Under the pieces are notes generated by a model. That model made no database searches. It saw nothing but the letters and a program-made list of their open reading frames with translations, and was not told the origin of the DNA. DNA of 64,000 nucleotides from Spirochaetota bacterium (GTDB lineage: Bacteria > Spirochaetota > UBA4802 > UBA5550): assembly GCA_963664815.2 (NCBI GenBank), contig CAXXHB010000002.1, forward strand, positions 160,001 to 224,000. Direction: 5' to 3'. The position numbers were made by a program, and so were the translations under genes. Below, piece after piece: positions 60,263-64,000 of the stretch; the stretch's first letter is position 1; the number at the start of each line of letters is the position of its first letter.

Positions 60263-63223
60263 ATGCAGATTAAAAAATCCGTTCACGCAGTCGTTGTCAT
60301 CATAACATTGATACTTTTTTCATGTAATGAAAAAAAGGATGAAAATATCAAAAAGGAAAAAGGAGAAATATCTCTTGAATATTATAATCTGCACGATTTA
60401 ATTATTCCTCTTGATACACAATGGGAATTCTATTTTGAAAAATTATACACACCCTCTGATTTTCTTGTAAAGCAGCCTGTTAAAACAGGTTTTATAAATG
60501 TACCCGGAACATGGAATGGATATGAAACAGGAGAAAAAATTCTTTCCGGTGATGGTTACGCCACGTACAGGCTTACTTTAAAAAAAGTTCCGGCCGGTTA
60601 CTATGCATTTAAAATTCCCTCCATGGCAACAGCATACAGAATGTGGGTTAACAATCTTGAAGTTTCATCAAATGGAAAAGTTGCAGAAAATGCAAGCATG
60701 ATCCCAATGCAGAAACCCGAAGTTGCTTTTTTTGACTCGGATGGAGGTGATATTGTTATCATTATTAATGTGTCCAACTATATGTCTGACAAGGGCGGAA
60801 TCTGGGATACAATTTATTTCGGGGAACGGTATAATATTTTAAAAAAAAGATATATTTCTATCTGTCTTGAAATGGCGCTCTTCGGTGCATTTATCATCAT
60901 GTCTTTATATCATTTTGCGCTTTATATATTCAGAAAGAAAAACGATTTTGCACTTTATTTCGGACTTGTTTGTTTTATTATAGCATTAAGAGTAATAATA
61001 ACCGGAGAATTTATTCTTGTATATTTTGTCCCGTGGATTGACTGGACTTTGCAGATAAAAACAGAGTTTTTAACTGTTTTTGGAGGATTTACATTCTTTA
61101 TTATCTTTCTTAAAAAACTTTATGATAATGAATTCTCAGCCGAAATTATTAATTTTTATATTATTACCGGTCTTCTCTTTTCCCTTGCTTCCCTGATTCT
61201 TCCGGTAAAAATTTCAGCACTGATGATCCCTCTGTATCACATGCTTATTATTGCAGGATTTATTATCATACTCAAATCCCTCGCAGCAGCAGTAAAAAAT
61301 AAAAAAAATGGATCCCTGCATATACTTGCAGGTTCCATTATCCTTATTATTACATTAATAAACGACATTCTTGATTCAAATGGACTAATTAATTCCACAT
61401 ACATTTTCCCATACGGACTTCTTCTCTTTATCTTCTCACAATCTGTAATCCTTGCAAAAGTCTTTTCTGAATCATTCAGCAGGGTTGAGGATTTATCCAT
61501 GCAGCTAGGCATTTCATATCTGCAGATTGACGAATATAACAAAAACCTTGAACTGAAAATTGCAGAACGCACTTCAGAGCTGGAAGCTGCTAATGAAAAA
61601 CTCCGTGAACTTGACCGTGCCAAGACTGATTTTTTCGCCAATATCTCACATGAGCTGCGTACTCCACTTACCCTTATACTCTCTCCTGTTGAAGATGCTC
61701 TTTCAGGGAAAGAGCTTGAAAGTGAAACTCTGGAAATGATTCACCGTAATGCCATGAATCTTCTGTCATTAATAAATAATCTTCTTGAAGTTTCACGCAT
61801 AACTGCAGGTAAGATGAAATTAGCAGTATACGAAACAGACATATGTGATCTTGTAAAAAAAAGATGCGGAGAGATGGAATCAGCCGCAAAACTAAAGGGA
61901 ATTAATCTTCTATGCAATATACCACCGGATGCTGTAAAAGCATTTGTAGACAGGGAGAGGAGCCGGCATCTTCTCTCCAACTTTTTTTCCAACTCCTTCA
62001 AGTTTACTGAACCGGGGGGTAGTATAGAGGTATCTGTCGCTGCAGAAGATAACTACTGCATCATAAAGTTCAGTGACACTGGCTGCGGCATTCCTGCCGA
62101 CAAGCTCGGTATAATTTTTGACCGCTTTACACAGGGAGATACAAGCTCAACAAGAAAACATGAAGGTACAGGTATAGGGCTTTCAATTGTGAAAGATCTT
62201 GTGACACTTCATGGTGGTGAGATTTCTGTCAAGAGCTGGGATATGAAATACTACCCGATTAATCACGGTACTGTTTTTACGGTAAAAATACCTTCAGGTA
62301 AAAAACACCTTGAGGGGCGGGATTATGTTGAATTTATTAACGATGAAGATTCAATTACACCCGGAAAAATCATTTCCTGTGTACGTGGTAATTTTTCCGG
62401 CACATCTACTGAAAAAAGAGATGTTCCTGCATTAGACGAAGATGCACTTTCCATACTTGTTGTAGAGGATAATGATGATCTTCGCCAACTTCTCTCAGAA
62501 ATGCTCAGTAATCAGTATAGAGTATTTGAAGCTACCAACGGTGAAGAAGCCACCGAATTTCTTGAAAAGAATGAAGATATAGATCTTGTTCTTTCAGATA
62601 TTATGATGCCCGGAATGAACGGTCATGAACTCATTTGTAGAATAAGAACTGATAAAAGATTTGAAACTCTCCCTTTTATCTTCCTTACAGCGCGAGCTGA
62701 CAGCTTTATGAAAATAGAAGGCCTTGCTCTTGGAGCAACTGACTATGTTACAAAACCATTCAATTCCAGAGAGCTCCTGCTACGCATAAGCAACCAGATG
62801 GAAATGAAAAGACTGAAAAACTCAGTTTTAAAAAATTACAATAAACTTATCGAAAAACTTAAAACTGTTAATTTAAAACCAATTAGTAAAGACAACACCA
62901 TAAAGATAGAAACGATATGTAGTTTTATCAAGGAAAATTTCGATCAGGAATTATTGAGGGAAGATCTGGCTTATGCGGCTGGAATTAATCCCGACACATT
63001 CAGTCGTCTCTTCAATCAGTATACTGGTTCAACACTGAATGATTATATACAAAATCTGCGAATAGCTGAAGCCATGCATCAGCTTTCTACAACAGAAAAT
63101 ACAGTTACCCGCATATCTATAAATACAGGATTTGACAATATCCGCACATTCAACAGGGCTTTTAAAAAGATTACAGGCATTACTCCGGGAGAATACAGAG
63201 ATAAAAGCAGGATAAAAAATTAA
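60263..63223 (+). CDS. Hybrid sensor: sugar-binding-like extracellular domain + 7TM-DISM + HisKA/HATPase + receiver + AraC HTH
   Basis: WEFY...VPGTWN...GYATYRL; seven TM helices; SHELRTPL, DTGCGI and GTGIGL; VVEDN/SDIMMP/KPF; GFDNIRTFNRAFKKITGITPGEYR. Confidence 0.9.
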   Translation: MQIKKSVHAVVVIITLILFSCNEKKDENIKKEKGEISLEYYNLHDLIIPLDTQWEFYFEKLYTPSDFLVKQPVKTGFINVPGTWNGYETGEKILSGDGYATYRLTLKKVPAGYYAFKIPSMATAYRMWVNNLEVSSNGKVAENASMIPMQKPEVAFFDSDGGDIVIIINVSNYMSDKGGIWDTIYFGERYNILKKRYISICLEMALFGAFIIMSLYHFALYIFRKKNDFALYFGLVCFIIALRVIITGEFILVYFVPWIDWTLQIKTEFLTVFGGFTFFIIFLKKLYDNEFSAEIINFYIITGLLFSLASLILPVKISALMIPLYHMLIIAGFIIILKSLAAAVKNKKNGSLHILAGSIILIITLINDILDSNGLINSTYIFPYGLLLFIFSQSVILAKVFSESFSRVEDLSMQLGISYLQIDEYNKNLELKIAERTSELEAANEKLRELDRAKTDFFANISHELRTPLTLILSPVEDALSGKELESETLEMIHRNAMNLLSLINNLLEVSRITAGKMKLAVYETDICDLVKKRCGEMESAAKLKGINLLCNIPPDAVKAFVDRERSRHLLSNFFSNSFKFTEPGGSIEVSVAAEDNYCIIKFSDTGCGIPADKLGIIFDRFTQGDTSSTRKHEGTGIGLSIVKDLVTLHGGEISVKSWDMKYYPINHGTVFTVKIPSGKKHLEGRDYVEFINDEDSITPGKIISCVRGNFSGTSTEKRDVPALDEDALSILVVEDNDDLRQLLSEMLSNQYRVFEATNGEEATEFLEKNEDIDLVLSDIMMPGMNGHELICRIRTDKRFETLPFIFLTARADSFMKIEGLALGATDYVTKPFNSRELLLRISNQMEMKRLKNSVLKNYNKLIEKLKTVNLKPISKDNTIKIETICSFIKENFDQELLREDLAYAAGINPDTFSRLFNQYTGSTLNDYIQNLRIAEAMHQLSTTENTVTRISINTGFDNIRTFNRAFKKITGITPGEYRDKSRIKN

Positions 63224-63599
63224 TTATATAATTTCATCCGGAGATCAGCCAGAAAAACCATCTATTTAAAAAAACTATTTTTAACTTAAAATTAAAATGA
63301 TTCAATAAAAAACTGATTTAATGTTCTTAATTTCCAATCTATATCTTCAATTTTCTGAAATAAATATTACTCATAGTACGAATAATTCTTGTAAATACTA
63401 ATATATATTATAAAAATATCAATATTTACATGTATGACTTTAGTATCATCAGCCTGATTAACTCTATTAAGGCAATTAATTTATTATTTATAAGATAATC
63501 TGTCTGTTTTTTAATGAGATACCATAAATTATCCATAGCAAACAGTTTTTTTGAAAATATTTTAATAAAAACTATATAATGCAGAAGGAGAAAACTTGT

Positions 63600-64000
63600 A
63601 TGGAAATCAGAAACGTATGCGTAATTGGTGCAGGACTTATGGGAAATGGTATTGCACAAATATGCGCTCAGGCCGGAATGCAGGTAACAATCCGGGATAT
63701 CGAGCAGAATTTTATTGATATCGGTATGAATACTATCAGGAAAAATTTCAACCGTGAAGTTGAAAAAGGGAAAAAATCCCGTTCCGAAATGGATGAAATT
63801 ATGTCGCATATCAGGACAACGCTGGATCTTAAAGACGCGGCAAAAAACGCCGATGTTGTCGTTGAAGCAATAATTGAACTAATGGATGTAAAAAAACAAC
63901 TTTTCAGTGAACTTGACAAGATTGTTCCTGCACATTGTCTGTATTTTACAAATACTTCGGGACTAAGTATAACAGAAATTGCCTCATCCACTAAGCGCCC
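63600..64000 (+). CDS. 3-hydroxyacyl-CoA (3-hydroxybutyryl-CoA) dehydrogenase, partial
   Basis: Not in ORF track. AAGGAG RBS, ATG 63600: MEIRNVCVIGAGLMGNGIAQICAQAG...ADVVVEAIIE...TNTSGLSITEIA. Runs off the window. Confidence 0.9.
   Translation, partial: MEIRNVCVIGAGLMGNGIAQICAQAGMQVTIRDIEQNFIDIGMNTIRKNFNREVEKGKKSRSEMDEIMSHIRTTLDLKDAAKNADVVVEAIIELMDVKKQLFSELDKIVPAHCLYFTNTSGLSITEIASSTKR

Overview
AT-rich bacterial chromosomal window made up mostly of housekeeping and metabolic genes. I found no CRISPR array, integrase, transposase or prophage. The gene content (cimA, SH3b proteins, a 7TM-DISM-type kinase, a standalone DbpA RNA-binding domain, a discoidin-repeat protein, the Ahb heme pathway and LldG/H-type lactate oxidation) suggests an anaerobic member of the Spirochaetota; this is inference only. 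Main blocks, left to right: cimA (partial); map-rhomboid-dut-rnj-(decayed uppP)-ftsK; a signal-peptide-bearing YidD-like gene with two TPR/membrane paralogs; PilZ, PadR, cNMP-binding and CheY-like signalling genes; the alternative heme operon hemA-ahbD-ahbAB-ahbC-sirC; a standalone IMP cyclohydrolase; lactate dehydrogenase subunits; cobO; a vWA protein; a divergent flagellin-like gene; tmRNA (tag ANDNFALAA); a 1.1-kaa protein with two discoidin domains, 16 x 32-aa phage-fibre-like repeats and an autochaperone-like C-terminus; purM; rnhA; recQ between two YihG-like acyltransferases; NYN, WD40, MCP and SH3 proteins; a hybrid kinase-receiver-AraC regulator; and a partial 3-hydroxyacyl-CoA dehydrogenase. 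The most unusual items are the orphan tail-fibre-like protein with expanding repeats, the exported YidD-like/TPR operon, the N-terminally truncated flagellin-like protein and a catalytically degenerate GIY-YIG-like protein. Two features missing from the ORF track were also read from the DNA: a 58-aa membrane ORF and an uppP pseudogene. All family calls come from motif recognition by eye; no searches were run.
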